A stretch of 64,000 nt of DNA from Lepidodermella squamata (taxonomy: Eukaryota > Animalia > Gastrotricha), in assembly GCA_047495785.1 (NCBI GenBank), contig JBLDXI010000032.1, positions 4,439,782 to 4,503,781 on the forward strand. Direction: 5' to 3'. Below the pieces are notes generated by a model. That model worked only from the letters and a program-made list of their open reading frames with translations, was not told the DNA's origin and made no database searches. Of this stretch, positions 1 to 12,802 are shown piece after piece (position 1 is the first letter of the stretch; each line of letters starts with the position of its first letter). Both the position numbers and the translations under genes were made by a program.

Positions 1-1579
1 CCTCTTTTATAGTGTTAGGCCTGCGAAAAAATCTAGAATTTTTTCTGCGTCGAGCCACTGGTCGAGCGCCGCGAAAATCAGGTTACAATGCCGTACAGTT
101 GACAGGGTTTCGAGGAAAGATGATAGATCGAATCTACTCTGGCCAGTGGCGGAAAAATTTGCGCTGCATTCTGAGTTGAAGCCCTGAGTTTTTTCAGACC
201 CTCGCCTTGTGTTCGCAGCTCCGAAGCCATTGGCGCACCCCTTAGAACCTAACGAGAGTTTACGGTACAATGTTTACGCTCGCACCTCCCAGTGCACATT
301 CAACGGCGCCCGCGCTTTTTTTCGGCCAACTTGATGGCTATCTAAACTCGGTGACTCGTGGAGTGTTAATCGTGACCACCTGTAATGTGTCTATCAGTCG
401 CGATTAGTCGTGTGTAGTCTTGGAAACTTGAACAAAGGAATGCGGTCACCGGCCACCAACATAAAAAAAAATCGCCGGCATTAACACAGAGATACACACA
501 CACACATACACACAAGTTAAGAAAGATGGATGCATAAGTAGTTTAGTTTATAGACTAATTAGTTTCTTCTACATAGCCTATACGGAAAAGCTATAATCTT
601 ATTCATGTCAAGTCTGGCTAGATGCATGGACGCTTTTCATCAATTCGTCATATCGTTTTTTTCCATAGACAAGAGGCTATCTATTTTGATTAAAAAAAAG
701 CAAATATAGACAGCTTTTATTGTCGATGAAATAAATAATCGAAGTTCAAAACGATAGTATTTCAACGTAGTGAAGTTCCGACGCCGATCATACAGCCTGC
801 TCATCGAGCCTCTTGTTGTCAACAGCAATATGAATAATTGGATAAGAGAAAGTTAACCGATGTTGTTTTTCTATGCAGGCCCTGCTTCTAATTCTAGCAG
901 AGCCAAATCCGAACCGAAAGTGGAATGATCAGTTAGTATGCGTCTCGTCCACAGTTTTCGAATTTCCGGGTTCATGGTTAGGTCCAGTTCGGAAGTTGTG
1001 CGGGATTTTCCGTGTATAAGGCCTCATCATGACATTGAGAACAATGCGTAATCATTATTCGATACACTTATTCGAAAAAATAACCCAAGGCTGCATCTGG
1101 TGCGGAATTGTTGGATTTTGGCACACCAAACGGTTTTGGTTTTCCGCCATAGGTAATTTTATCGCAATTGGCTACAATTACTCCGGGAAAAGGTAATCTG
1201 GTGATACATGAAGCTGCTTCTCTTGCATCAAAATACAAAAATTCCAAACTTGTTCATGCCTTGTCTTTTATTTGATGATTTTTTCTTTTCTTTCTCGAAA
1301 TCATTTGCATGTTGATCTCATTTTGTTGACATTTTTGTGTTGTAGAGACACAAGCCGGCAGTCGGCATCAGTTAATTAATCGATCGAAGAAAAGATGAGG
1401 TAGAGAAAAAACAGAGAAAAAACAGATCAGGCGCGGAAAAATAAGGGACGAATCGGATGATAATATTATATTACCGTCGAGTAAATAACACCATCAAAAC
1501 CCGAAAGCAAACACAATGGACGTGTTAAGAGGTGACGAGAGACAGGGGTAGAAAGAGACAAGGAATCAGCGCCGACTCT

Positions 1580-2651
1580 TCAGAAGAAGAAGCCGCGGCC
1601 ATAGCCAAGGCCGTGGACACCGTTGTTGCCCCAGTTCCAGCCGTTGCGAGCATAGCCAAAGCCAGGGTAGCCGAAGCCGAAACCGTTGCCATAGCCGTTG
1701 CCGTAGCCCAATCCGTAGCCGTGGCCGACGAGGCCAGCACCGAAGTTGTTAGCCTGACCAGCGTTAGCACCGAATCCAGTAGCCTGGGCGCCAGAAGCCT
1801 GACCGCCGACGAAGTTGCCGAAGCCACCGAAGCCAAGACCAGCACGGCCAGCTTAGGAATAATCGATTCAGATTAATTATTGACTCGAAAAAGAGAGTTT
1901 TCGGAAACTTACCACCAGCACCGTAGGCTCCGAAGCCAAGACCATGACCAAGGCCAAGACCGACACCGCTGTTGTAGCCAAGACCAGCATGACCAGCACC
2001 GAAGCCATTTCCGTAGCCGAGGCCGTAGCCGCCGAATCCGTGACCACCGAAGCCAGCGAAGCCACCGTAGTAGGGAGCATAGCTGACCTGAGGAGCAACC
2101 TGCTGTTGCTGAGCAGCAGCGTGGTTGGCACCCTGAGCGGCAGCCTGGTTGAAGCCCTGAGCACCACCAGCTTGGTGAGCACCCTGTTGGCCAGCAGCCT
2201 GGGCAGCGCCGAAGTGGCCAGCGGCACCCTGGGATCCCTGAGAGCCCTGGGCGCCCTGAGCACCACCGTAGGCGAATCCGTTGTCGTAGTCACCAGCGGC
2301 CTGCTCGGCGGCAGCGGAGGTGCGCTCCGAGGCGGCGAGGAGGGAAGCGGCGTGGTCGTAACGGCCAGCAGCCTGCTGGGCATCGGCGTGCTGAGCACCC
2401 TGACCGAAAGCGCCGGCATGGTGAGATCCCTGAGAGCCCTGAGCGTGTTGACCGGCAGCAGCCTGAGCGGCAGCCTGGTGGCCGGCGGCTCCAGCGGATC
2501 CCTGGCCGAAATGAGCTCCACCGTTAGCAGCACCCTGGGATCCCCAAGCGCCATTGGCAGCACCAGCTGCACCTCCGAATCCGCCGAACGCTGGGACGAA
2601 ACCAGCGTTGGCTACGGCCAAGACTGTTGCCAAGACAGCGGCGGTGTACAT
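1580..2651 (-). CDS. Secreted Gly/Ala/Gln/Tyr-rich structural protein, cluster gene 1 (~336 aa; coding exons 2651-1913, 1851-1580)
   Basis: Signal peptide MYTAAVLATVLAVANA; core ADAQQAAGRYDHAASLLAASERTSAAAEQAAGDYDNGFAYGG; a phase-1 GT-AG intron (1912-1852) joins a Gly/Tyr-rich exon ending GRGFFF-stop; 5'UTR intron ~2654-2715; TATAAAA at ~2792-2798. Confidence 0.9.
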
Positions 2652-3929
2652 TTCTGTATAAAATAAATGGTTAGGTATGTATATTCAAGAGATCATTAAA
2701 GTAAGCGGGTCGAACCTTTCTTGAAGGAATGTATAGTGAGTTGAGTCGAGAAGGCAAATGTGACTTGAGAGGATGGCCGCGGTTGGCTGGCCTTTTATAG
2801 CCGGCCAGTCGAGCGGCAGTGCACAAGCCGTCGCAAGTCAGAGCCGAAGCCGCGCCAAGGGCTCAGCTGTGTCACTTCCAAACAACACAACTCGAGTCGA
2901 ATTACCTCGCACATCAAGCACATTCGAAAATTTGATCCACAGCCACACCGTTCAATCAAATTACGCCAAACAATAGCCAATTTTCAGCCCAGAATTAACC
3001 GAAGTGACGAGGTTTTTTTATTTCAGATGTTGTCAACAGTGACAGCCATGCGATTTTTTCGAGCAGATACGGCCAATGTACCGCGGAACGCACCGAAAAG
3101 CGATTCTCATCGGCGACTACGGTGAGCAAGTGTGAAAACAACAAGGCTGTTATTTTGGTAATACGCGGCGAGTAATAGGCACAACACAGCGCGCGCAGTG
3201 GATCAACTATTTTTTATTGCCTTGTTGTTTGTAATTGAAACAGCCTGACGAGCAGTCGAAATTGCGCGCGTGTGCACCTTGTCAATGCGAGACATGTTTT
3301 TAGCCTATGCATTTTGCATGCATGAGGCAAGTGCGAAATTTAGTTTTTCGTTTTTTGTTTATCAACAAATGTAGAAAAGGTTGTAGGTATTATATGTATA
3401 TTGTGTGAGACGCTTCGTAAGGACAAGCGCTACACCCTTGGGATAAGCGCTGTTACATCTATTAGCACCTTACAGCCCAGTGCGACACGAAATCTTGAAC
3501 GCGTCGAGTGCGATACATAAAAGTTGTATATTAAAAAGTCGAGTATATGTGATCATTGCCAAACAGAATTTATTCCTTCTTTTTGATCGCCGTTTCGGGC
3601 GAGAAAAAATACGTTCATCATCATTTCCATGTTGATCTCATATCGTCCACAAGACACGTTCCGGTGCCGTCCAAAAAGAAAAAATGTTTTGGGACCTCAG
3701 TAAATAAAAATAGTAAGTGCATGGGAGAACATTAGGAAATCCAAGTGATCAGTGCAGAATTCATGCACTAGTGCAGAAAATCGAACGCGCTAACGTTAAT
3801 GTCTTTCACATTGGCAGTGATCGGTTAGCGGGTTGATTTGAGCGCCGGTTTTCCGCATTTCATGCATGAATCGAGTTGAAGTGCAGGAGTTGTGTTAGGG
3901 GCCTAGGGGAGTGCTGATAATCGCGTGAT

Positions 3930-4968
3930 TTAGAAGAAGAATCCGCGGCCATAGCCGAGGCCAAGACCGTTGACGCCATTGACACCATTGAAGTTCCAGC
4001 CGTTGTTTCCGTAGCCGAAACCAGCACGGTTGACACCGTTGAGGCCATTGAGACCGTAGCCCCAGCCAAGACCGTTGCCCCAGCCAAGACCAGCGTTGTT
4101 AGCCTGACCAGCGTTGGCACCGAAGCCAGTAGCCTGAGCACCAGAGACGCGGTTGCCGACGAGGCCAGCGCCAAGACCGTAACCGGCGACGTTACCAGCA
4201 CCAATGCCAGCTAAAGGTAGAATTATATTTAGCTACCATTCAGTGGCGATAGGTGATTCGACTTTACTTACCACCGAGGCCATAGGCACCATTGCCCCAA
4301 CCGTTTCCGTAGCCCCATCCGTTACCATAGCCAAGACCACGACCAGCAAGGCCGTTGTAGCCAGCGAAGCCACCGTAGTAGGGAGCGTAGTAGACCTGGG
4401 GAGCAGCCTGGGCCTGCTGGGCAGCGGCCTGCTGGGCACCCTGGGCGGCAGCCTGGTTGAAGCCCTGAGCACCAGCGGACTGCTGGGCACCCTGTTGACC
4501 GGCAGCCTGGGCAGCAGCCTGCTGGGCAGCGGCAGCCTGGGATCCCTGAGAACCCTGGGCGCCCTGAGCACCACCGTAGGCGAATCCGTTGTCGTAGTCA
4601 CCAGCGGCCTGCTCGGCGGCAGCGGAGGTGCGCTCCGAGGCGGCGAGGAGGGAAGCGGCGTGGTCGTAACGGCCAGCAGCCTGCTGGGCATCAGCGTGCT
4701 GGGCACCCTGGCCGAAAGCGGCAGCCTGTTGCGATCCCTGAGAGCCCTGAGCGTGTTGACCGGCAGCAGCCTGAGCAGCAGCCTGGGCAGCGGCAGATCC
4801 AGCAGATCCCTGACCGAAGTTGGCACCACCGTTGGCGGCACCCTGGGCACCCCAGGCACCGTTGGCAGCTCCAGCGGAGCCTCCCCAGCCTCCGAGGCCT
4901 CCGAAGTTGCCGAGGAACTGAGCGTTCGAGACGGCGAGGACGGCGCAGAAAACAGCGGCGGCGTACAT
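3930..4968 (-). CDS. Secreted Gly/Ala/Gln-rich structural protein, cluster gene 2 (~325 aa; exons 4968-4272, 4210-3930)
   Basis: Signal peptide MYAAAVFCAVLAVSNA; same core motif; phase-1 intron at a position equivalent to gene 1; ends GRGFFF; TATAAAAA at ~5036-5043. Confidence 0.9.
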
Positions 4969-7819
4969 TTTCTCAAAACTGATTTGATTTAACAGAAGAA
5001 ATCTTCAGTCGAATAGTTACGTGCGCAAGGCTGCTTTTTTATACCCTCGCCCAGGTGTGAGAAAAAAACGTTCGGTCTTTCTCGAAGGATTGTTGCCACG
5101 TGCAAATAGGCCAAGTTCTGCGGTCGTCTATTCGCAGATCTGTTTATACTTCTTTGATCAATTTGTATTGTCAGGCTCTTCTTTTGCCATGCTCACGATA
5201 TCCCACCCTTCCTTATCCGATTGTTGTTCTTAAAATATGCGTGATTATTTCGGAGAATTCCGAGAGGAAATTCTGCACGAAACTTTCGAGCAGCTACGGT
5301 TGGCCGAAAAGCAATTTCCATTTTTTACGTGGCGGTCATTTTTTGCGGCTATCGCTCTCGTTCGAGCGGCAGTCGGCTGGCGAGAGGCAGAACACCTGCT
5401 TTTTTGCTTTTATGACTGTTTAGTTTTCTCTCGCGCCATTCGCGACGATATGCTCAAGGCCTGGCTTTGTTTTATGAGCATACGTGCTTCAATGGTCGGC
5501 TGTTTCTAGGCCGCCCTCGCCATGAATGCTTCGTGCTACAATTGAAGGCGACTTCTCACTCGCACTTGTGGCCATTTTTGTAGCCGTGTGCTTGGACACG
5601 TCGCCGTTTTGCATCCAAGTTTCCCACACATCATAGTTCGAATAATCCTCAAAATAAATGTTCAAGGTCAATGCCGAGAAATTTCATCCGAGTCGCCATA
5701 AATACGATGATGGATCAATCCACCGAGAAAACGAAAATCCGTTGTTCAGTTGCTTTCAGCTTGATCGAGTTGTACATGCAAAATCAGATATAAAAGTTAC
5801 CAACCAATCGCATCAATCTTGATTGGTAATACATTGTATCTACGGTATAAAACAATTTATAAGCATTAAAAACCGGCGATCTCGCGCGCAAAATGGATTA
5901 CAAATGAGTTATTTGAATGGAGATAAGGAGCCAGTTTGATGTTGAAAACTACCATGAATATAAGCTTATACAAATGTTTGGGCTCTATTGTACGTAAGCT
6001 CAAACTGAGAAAATTCGACTCATCCATTGGACGGAGCCTATATTTACTTATTTCGCTGCTGCGCAAAGTCGGAAGACGGCCCTTGGTATAATTTGTTACG
6101 AGGGGCGTGTTAGTATTCGAAAATCACCCTCATTAGCCAAGAGCTAATAAAGAAGTTGGTGACAAGTGACAAGCAATTGATTTCGACTGCGCTTATACTG
6201 TTGGTTAGCCGAAGAAACATTTATTGATAGATTTATCATATCAGGAAGCTTGAAACATTCATTCTTTTTAATAAAAGGTTGTATATCTTCTTATAAGCCA
6301 GAAATTGTATGCATTAAAATAATTGCAAACGCAACCTAAGGTCACCCGTGAAGCAGTAATACCCGCAGCCTTTGTTGTGACCAACACTGGCCAACCGCTT
6401 GTAGCAATACACGCATTCTTGCTGGCCGCTCGCCGGTGCCAGTGTTAACTTTTTTGATAAGCTGAATCATCTCGAACCGGCTAACTTGGTCATGCTGGCA
6501 TATTTTTCGAGCTTGCTCTCGCCAAACCTGAGGCACTAACTAAATTAGCGCAATTCAACAATTTGACATTCGTGAATGGACAATTTCATATTATATCTTA
6601 TTTTTTCTCAAAAAGCACCTATAGCGGATTCTCCTTTCTAAATTCAGCGGTTCAGATTTGTGAGCAAAGAAATTGCAAATGAAATATGGATAGACAGTAG
6701 ACAATATACCTATTAAGCAGAAATTATTACGAAATTATTTCTTTATCAAAAAAATCAGAATCCTAGAACATCCGCTAATTTCTTCCCGAAATATTCATAC
6801 CGCTCTATTTGGCTTCAATGAATAAAGAATAAAGCTAGTACACCTACCTAAAGTGCGACAAGGGTTCTAGAATTGTGTATAATTGATATAATTGACAAGG
6901 AAATGGTCTTCGTGGCCAATGGTGGCAAGATGCGTGGTGTGGTCATTCGAACTTTCGTTGTTCATGGATGTGCTGAGGAATGGCTGGAGCTCTGAAGCAG
7001 GCATAATGTCACAGAGATCCCAGGGCATTAAAGAAATAAAACATACTTGAAATTCTGCAGCGTTTGGATTTCGCAATGATTTGAAGAGAATTCTTTAGTT
7101 AATTACATTACTCAATAACACAGCATTCGTGGCTACAGCTACATACATTCAAATTGCTTGGCAAATAATCATTTTTGCGCGCCTGGTAACTTCAGCAGGA
7201 ATTATATAATCCTTTCATGACCAAAATGTCCTCCATGGGAAATTATTTCATATACTTACTTATCGTCCTCTTATGACCATATCATAACTTCATGAAAATT
7301 GCGTGTTTCAGGGACGTGCTGGATGGCCAGCTATCAGCTTCCGGATCGGAATACTCGACGGCTAACAACTCCTTGCCTTAATATGGATTCGAAAATTGTA
7401 TTACAGAATATTGCTCCCCAACCATCGAGCGATAATTCCGCTAATTGAAAGTCCACACTTTCCGCAATTTTGGTGGATTTATACGCATGGATTTTTGGGA
7501 CTTTAGAGCGGAAACTAAAATAACATCAGATATGAATAGGAAGGCGGATTTTGGGGCAAATCAACCACCCCTCGATGACTGCTGTGTACACCGATGGGTA
7601 AATCGGTGTATTATGGGTTGTGAAGTAACGAACGAATTTTGCCAACGAGCCACTTTTATTGCGGACCCTTTAATCCGAGTTTCAATGTAAAAAAATAACA
7701 CTTCGCAGTCAGACGGTTCCGCGAGTATAAGCTTCCATTCCACTGTTGTTTCCTCCGAGAAAGATCGATGATAAGCAATTCGTCTATTTTATCTAGATCA
7801 CTATATCAGCTTGAGTGCC

Positions 7820-8605
7820 TCAGTGGAACCTCTGGCCGAACTGGCGACCGAATCCAACGTTCCCAAAATGACCAAAACCACGGCCGAAACCCAGACCAAG
7901 ACCGAGCCCGTTTCCGAAGCCATTGCCGACGGCGCCGAAAGCTCCGTAGCCAAGACCAGCGCTGTTAGCCTGACCAGCGTTGGCGCCGAAGCCAGTAGCC
8001 TGAGCACCAGAGACGCGGTTGCCGACGAGGCCAGCGCCAAGGCCGTAACCGAAGCCGCCATTGCCGATGTTGGCGACGTTACCAAAGTTGTTATTGAAGC
8101 CATTTGATGCCGCCTGGTGGCCGCCATGTGCTGCAGCGGCGTTGTGTGCACCTTCCTGGCCGGCAGCCTGGTTGGCAGCATGATGGCCAGCAGCGGCTTG
8201 AGAGCCTTGTGAGCCCTGGGCGCCCTGAGCACCACCGTGGTTGTATGACGACGAATGCTGACCAGCGGCTTGTTCAGCGCCGGCTGAGGTCCGCTCCGAG
8301 GCAGCGAGGAGGGAAGCGGCGTGGTCGTAGCGACCAGCAGCCTGCTGGGCATCGGCGTGCTGGGCACCCTGAGAGTATGCGTGAGATCCCTGAGACCCTT
8401 GTGATCCTTGCGCTTCCGATCGATGAGCACCTGCAGCCTGCGCGTGATGACCGGCTGAACCTGCCGCCGCATTGTTCGCATGAGCGCCCGCTACAGCACT
8501 TGCATGTTGGCCATGCTGCGCATGTTGAGCCACATTCCGACCTCCAAGACCTACAGATGCGCTGGCTGCGGCAACAAGACCGCACAAAACAACTGCCTTG
8601 AACAT
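7820..8605 (-). CDS. Secreted His/Ala/Gly-rich paralog, cluster gene 3 (~261 aa)
   Basis: True start MFKAVVLCGLVAAASA at 8605 follows a 5'UTR intron acceptor; core AAGRYDHAASLLAASERTSAGAEQAAG; second shared motif RVSGAQATGFGANAGQAN. Confidence 0.88.
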   Translation of the reverse strand: MFKAVVLCGLVAAASASVGLGGRNVAQHAQHGQHASAVAGAHANNAAAGSAGHHAQAAGAHRSEAQGSQGSQGSHAYSQGAQHADAQQAAGRYDHAASLLAASERTSAGAEQAAGQHSSSYNHGGAQGAQGSQGSQAAAGHHAANQAAGQEGAHNAAAAHGGHQAASNGFNNNFGNVANIGNGGFGYGLGAGLVGNRVSGAQATGFGANAGQANSAGLGYGAFGAVGNGFGNGLGLGLGFGRGFGHFGNVGFGRQFGQRFH

Positions 8606-9500
8606 TCTAACAAATAAAACGAAGTATTGAATCGATTTGAAATGGAAAGCCTGAAAGTGCAAACCTTGCTCGTTAATTGGTTTGATTTAAAGGAGCTTTG
8701 CTCTAGACTGGTTAACTTCGGCCTTAACTTCATCATTTATATGTAGTCACAATGTTTGTTATCCTGCGAGTGTGAGTACAAGGGCCCGGTAAATTAAAGC
8801 ATTCGGGAGCAAAACGTAATTTTGATGGAACACAGTTAAGGTATAGCTTCGATGCAGTGAAGTACTTTAGATGAAAATCGGACCATCATTTATATTAATA
8901 TGATGTATAGTTACTTCCTTCGATTTCCCAAAAAATGCATGTCGCAAAGCATGATGACACGATAGATGACTTAACGAGTATTTACGGTAATATGCGGGCG
9001 CCGTTGACGATCCTCAGCCGCAACAAAGCAACTCGGGGCTTGTATTTGTTGAGCTCACACTCGCTCACACGGTAGCACTGCATGCCTCGCTTTTTTCCGT
9101 GTCGGAAGTATGTGATAGCGTTGTTATGCGAGTGCTGCACTGGAAATTACCAGATTGTTTGTAAACAACAAGGTGCAAAGAACTTTGCAAATAAGTCTTG
9201 GCTGGATCTTCTTTATTATTTTTATTACTTTATTCTTATACCATTTGTTATTTGTTATTCTTCTTTATTCTCTAACATCCACTCTCGATTTCTGCTTCTA
9301 GAATTATATAACTGTCTTTACTCTTTATTCGTTCGCCATCAGATTTCGCCATTGAATTCTCGGATACGCCGGTTCGGGACTTTTACAGAAAAAAAATAAG
9401 AAAGAGAAAAATGTGATAAAAATGAGGAACAAAAACTAATTAACAAAAATAATGGTGAATAGTAGACATTGTATTTTCGCCAGGCCTGTAAACAATACAT

Positions 9501-9762
9501 GCTCAGGCTGTTCAAGGTTATCGGATTATTGCTCTAACTAATATAAGATAGTCTGAATTCATTGATTTCGGTTGCCCAAGGTTCTTTCCGCCTGAAATCT
9601 TGCGGTCAGCAGCAAGCGTCCGACATAACACAATGAGGAGCAACTGGTTATGGAAACGGTTCCGCGAACGCCGGAGGTTATTATTACCCTGGCCGCGGTC
9701 ATGGCTACGTCATACTACGACAACGTACTACGACGGCTTCTAAGCCCCGACTCTCTGCTCCA
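9501..9762 (+). pseudogene. Inverted, degenerate copy of the 3' end of cluster gene 10 (end of exon 3, intron, exon 4, start of 3'UTR)
   Basis: Reads QGSFRLKSCGQQQASDITQ*GATGYGNGSANAGGYYYPG versus gene 10 QGAFRQGSRGQQQAAGAAQGGATGYGNGYADAGGYAYPG; in-frame TGA at 9634-9636; acceptor decayed to GTTG; matching terminus TACTACnACGGCTTCTAAGCC...CTCTGCTCCAC. Confidence 0.8.
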
Positions 9763-10011
9763 CTACTGTTCTAGATCATGATCCTGTACCTACTAAATAA
9801 TTATCAATTTCTTACAACTTGTTTAAAAAAGACACCGTCATTTACGATTGCCACGTGTCGAAGGTATTTATTACCTCTGCTTTTTAGCATTGACAATAAA
9901 ACATTCATACACAAAAAGGGGGTGCGCGAACAACAGCAGTGTAAAAGAAGGTTGAGAAGGGGTTACGGGAAAAGGGAAGAAAGGCAGTGGTGTGATTCGA
10001 TCTTCAGCTGT

Positions 10012-11013
10012 TTAGAAGAAGAATCCGCGGCCATAGCCAAGACCGTTGACGCCGTTGAGGCCATTGTTGAAGTTCCAGCCGTTGTTGGCGTAGCCGAAAC
10101 CGTTGCCATAGCCAAGACCGTTGACGCCACCGACGCGGCCAGCGTTGACGCCGTTGAGGCCAGCACCGTAGAAACCAGCGTTGCCATAGCCGAGGCCAGC
10201 GTTGCCGTAGCCGAGACCAGCACCATAGCCGAGGCCAGCGCCGTAGCCGAGGCCAAGACCAGCAGTGCCGACGTTGCCGACGCGGCCAGCGTTGACACCG
10301 GTGAGGCCAACACCGTTGAGGGCAGCACCGTTGTAGCCAGCGCCGTAGTAACCGTTGTTGAAACCGTTACCGTAGCCAAGACCACGACCGGCAAGGCCGT
10401 TGTAGCCAGCGAAGCCACCGTAGTAGGGAGCGTAGTAGACCTGGGGAGCAGCCTGGGCCTGCTGGGCAGCAGCCTGCTGGGCGCCCTGAGCGGCAGCCTG
10501 GTTGAAGCCCTGAGCACCAGCGGAGTGCTGGGCACCCTGTTGACCGGCAGCCTGGGCGGCAGCCTGCTGGGCAGCGGCAGCGGCGGATCCCTGAGAGCCC
10601 TGAGCGCCCTGAGCGCCACCGTAGGCGAATCCGTTGTCGTAGTCACCAGCGGCCTGCTCGGCGGCAGCGGAGGTGCGCTCAGAGGCAGCGAGGATGGAAG
10701 CGGCGTGGTCGTAACGGCCAGCAGCCTGCTGGGCATCGGCGTGGGTGGCACCCTTTCCGTAAGCACCGGCGAACTGGGATCCCTGGGAACCCTGAGCCTG
10801 TTGGGCAGCAGCGGCATGGCCGGCAGCCTGGTGGCCAGCAGCGCCAGCAGATCCCTGACCGAACTGAGCACCACCGTTGGCGGCACCCTGGGCGCCCCAA
10901 GCACCGTTGGCAGCACCAGCGGAACCTCCCCAACCTCCGAGGTGGCCAGCTCCGAGGAACTGGGCGTTGGCGGCAGCCGCGAAGAGAGCGCAGACAAGGG
11001 TTGCGGTGTACAT
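10012..11013 (-). CDS. Secreted Gly/Ala/Gln/Asn/Tyr-rich structural protein, cluster gene 4 (333 aa, intronless CDS)
   Basis: Signal peptide MYTATLVCALFAAAANA; core motif; GLGYG and GVNG repeats; ends GRGFFF; TATATAA at ~11104-11110. Confidence 0.92.
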   Translation of the reverse strand: MYTATLVCALFAAAANAQFLGAGHLGGWGGSAGAANGAWGAQGAANGGAQFGQGSAGAAGHQAAGHAAAAQQAQGSQGSQFAGAYGKGATHADAQQAAGRYDHAASILAASERTSAAAEQAAGDYDNGFAYGGAQGAQGSQGSAAAAAQQAAAQAAGQQGAQHSAGAQGFNQAAAQGAQQAAAQQAQAAPQVYYAPYYGGFAGYNGLAGRGLGYGNGFNNGYYGAGYNGAALNGVGLTGVNAGRVGNVGTAGLGLGYGAGLGYGAGLGYGNAGLGYGNAGFYGAGLNGVNAGRVGGVNGLGYGNGFGYANNGWNFNNGLNGVNGLGYGRGFFF

Positions 11014-12802
11014 GGTAGTGTGGTGTATGAGGCTTGAAGAAAGAGTGATTTGAATGTTTAAGACTCTGAGTTAAGACCTGAATACATGGAAAAATTCCAC
11101 CGCTTATATAGCCAGTGGCCGCGGTGTGGCCACCTTCCATACGTCTAGAAACAACCATAGGTGCTCGGAGTGGTTGTCATCGTTCGATTTACCTCGAAAT
11201 AACTGTAAATGTCTTTCTTTACAATAAATTTTTAATGCTATGCTTCGAAGCATCGCCGATAGCCCAGCTCAATGTTTGCGATGCCCATGTTTATCTCCGA
11301 CTAAAAACTTCATCGCGCATTTACTCCGGCGTTGCGCCATTTAGTCGAGTTGCGACGGTAATGGGCGTTATGGTTTTTTTTTATGTGATGAGATGTTATC
11401 TGTTCGCTCATGCCCACATACGTGTAATTATCTTTTTGTTATATTTCAACCAATGCACGCAATGGTCATCATCACGGCTACGTGTCACTTGTTGCCTGCA
11501 TTCAACCGACCACAGCATCTAAGTACTACCCAAGAAGCGCCACTGATGGGCAGCGTCGAAAAGTCTGGAAGCTTTTTCTTGCTTTTCATGGCGCAATTAT
11601 GCTTGCCAAAGCCTATGGCCTGGTCTTCCTGGACATTGTCGGTTTTCGACCGTCGCAAATAATCTCCTGTTTTAAAAAATACTGCAATTATCTGCAAGTG
11701 TTGCAGTTTGTACGAATGTCATGTCAGATGTGTCAATCAGCTGCCTTTTGCAAACCATGTCGAGTAATATCGGGCGATTGGGCCATATTTTACGATTGCG
11801 GTTAAGCTCCGCTTTCTATCCCCAAGACGTCTGGGCCCCTTGGCTCAGCTCCACGGAGAGAGAGAGGGAGAGAGAATGTTTACAATTATCGGCCGTTGAA
11901 TCAAAAAACGACCACGCTAATATAGTAATTGCTCGGATGAATTTGACATGCGTTGACTATTATGAGGACTTTTTGGAGCAAACCTACACTCCTGAGCCTT
12001 ATCACGCGTTAGTTTGATCGTTGATCAATCGAACGTCTTGTGACAGCTTGTAACGGATAAAAAACGGGTTATAACCATGACAATCCAAGGGTTATTAGAT
12101 TGTGCTTTTATTTTAATTCTTCACATGGCTCCGGTCATGGTTGGACTATATCTCTTAGCAGCGGCGAGAGGTGTCGAATACGGAAAGGAGCGCTAAATGT
12201 TCATTGTCGTCCAAGTGATTTAACATTCATATCAATAGATCTACTCGTAATACAAGCCTTAGAATTCCTACACATGTGCGTGCATTCAAGAAAAAACCGT
12301 AAAAAAGGTTTGCTAGCTAGGAGGATTAAGGTAAGCCTGACTTATGACGATTAATAAACCGTTTTCATTTGGTTTTTTGTTGGTCATTTGGAAAATAATT
12401 ATGAGTGAAAGTCGAGAAAGAAAGGCGATGAATCAGGAATTTGACCGCCTTAACAAAAAGTTAAAGTTAAAGTTAAGTGACCTATTCTGTCACAATTTTG
12501 CACAATTTTTTCGGGGCCAGATTTAGGCTAACCTAAGGCTTCCCAGTCCGAGAGTCCGGAGGATTCGATGAATGCATCGCAACTTTTCATCATTCATCTC
12601 CCAGCATTACAGAGCCGAATATAAAACGTCGACAAAAACTCAGTTATTTCTGAACGTGCCATTTGTGTCATCTTTATTTTATCAGTCATCGTCACATTTT
12701 GTAAAAGTCTTTCCAATAAGGGTATACACATGAGGTTATCTATGAGTCTATATCTATATTTCACCCTGACCAGCCACGCTAATTAACATGAGATGCTGAA
12801 TC

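Noticed and set aside
1-560. Possible non-autonomous element ending in a (CA)n microsatellite
   Set aside because: Cut by the window edge; no second copy, TIR or TSD to support a call
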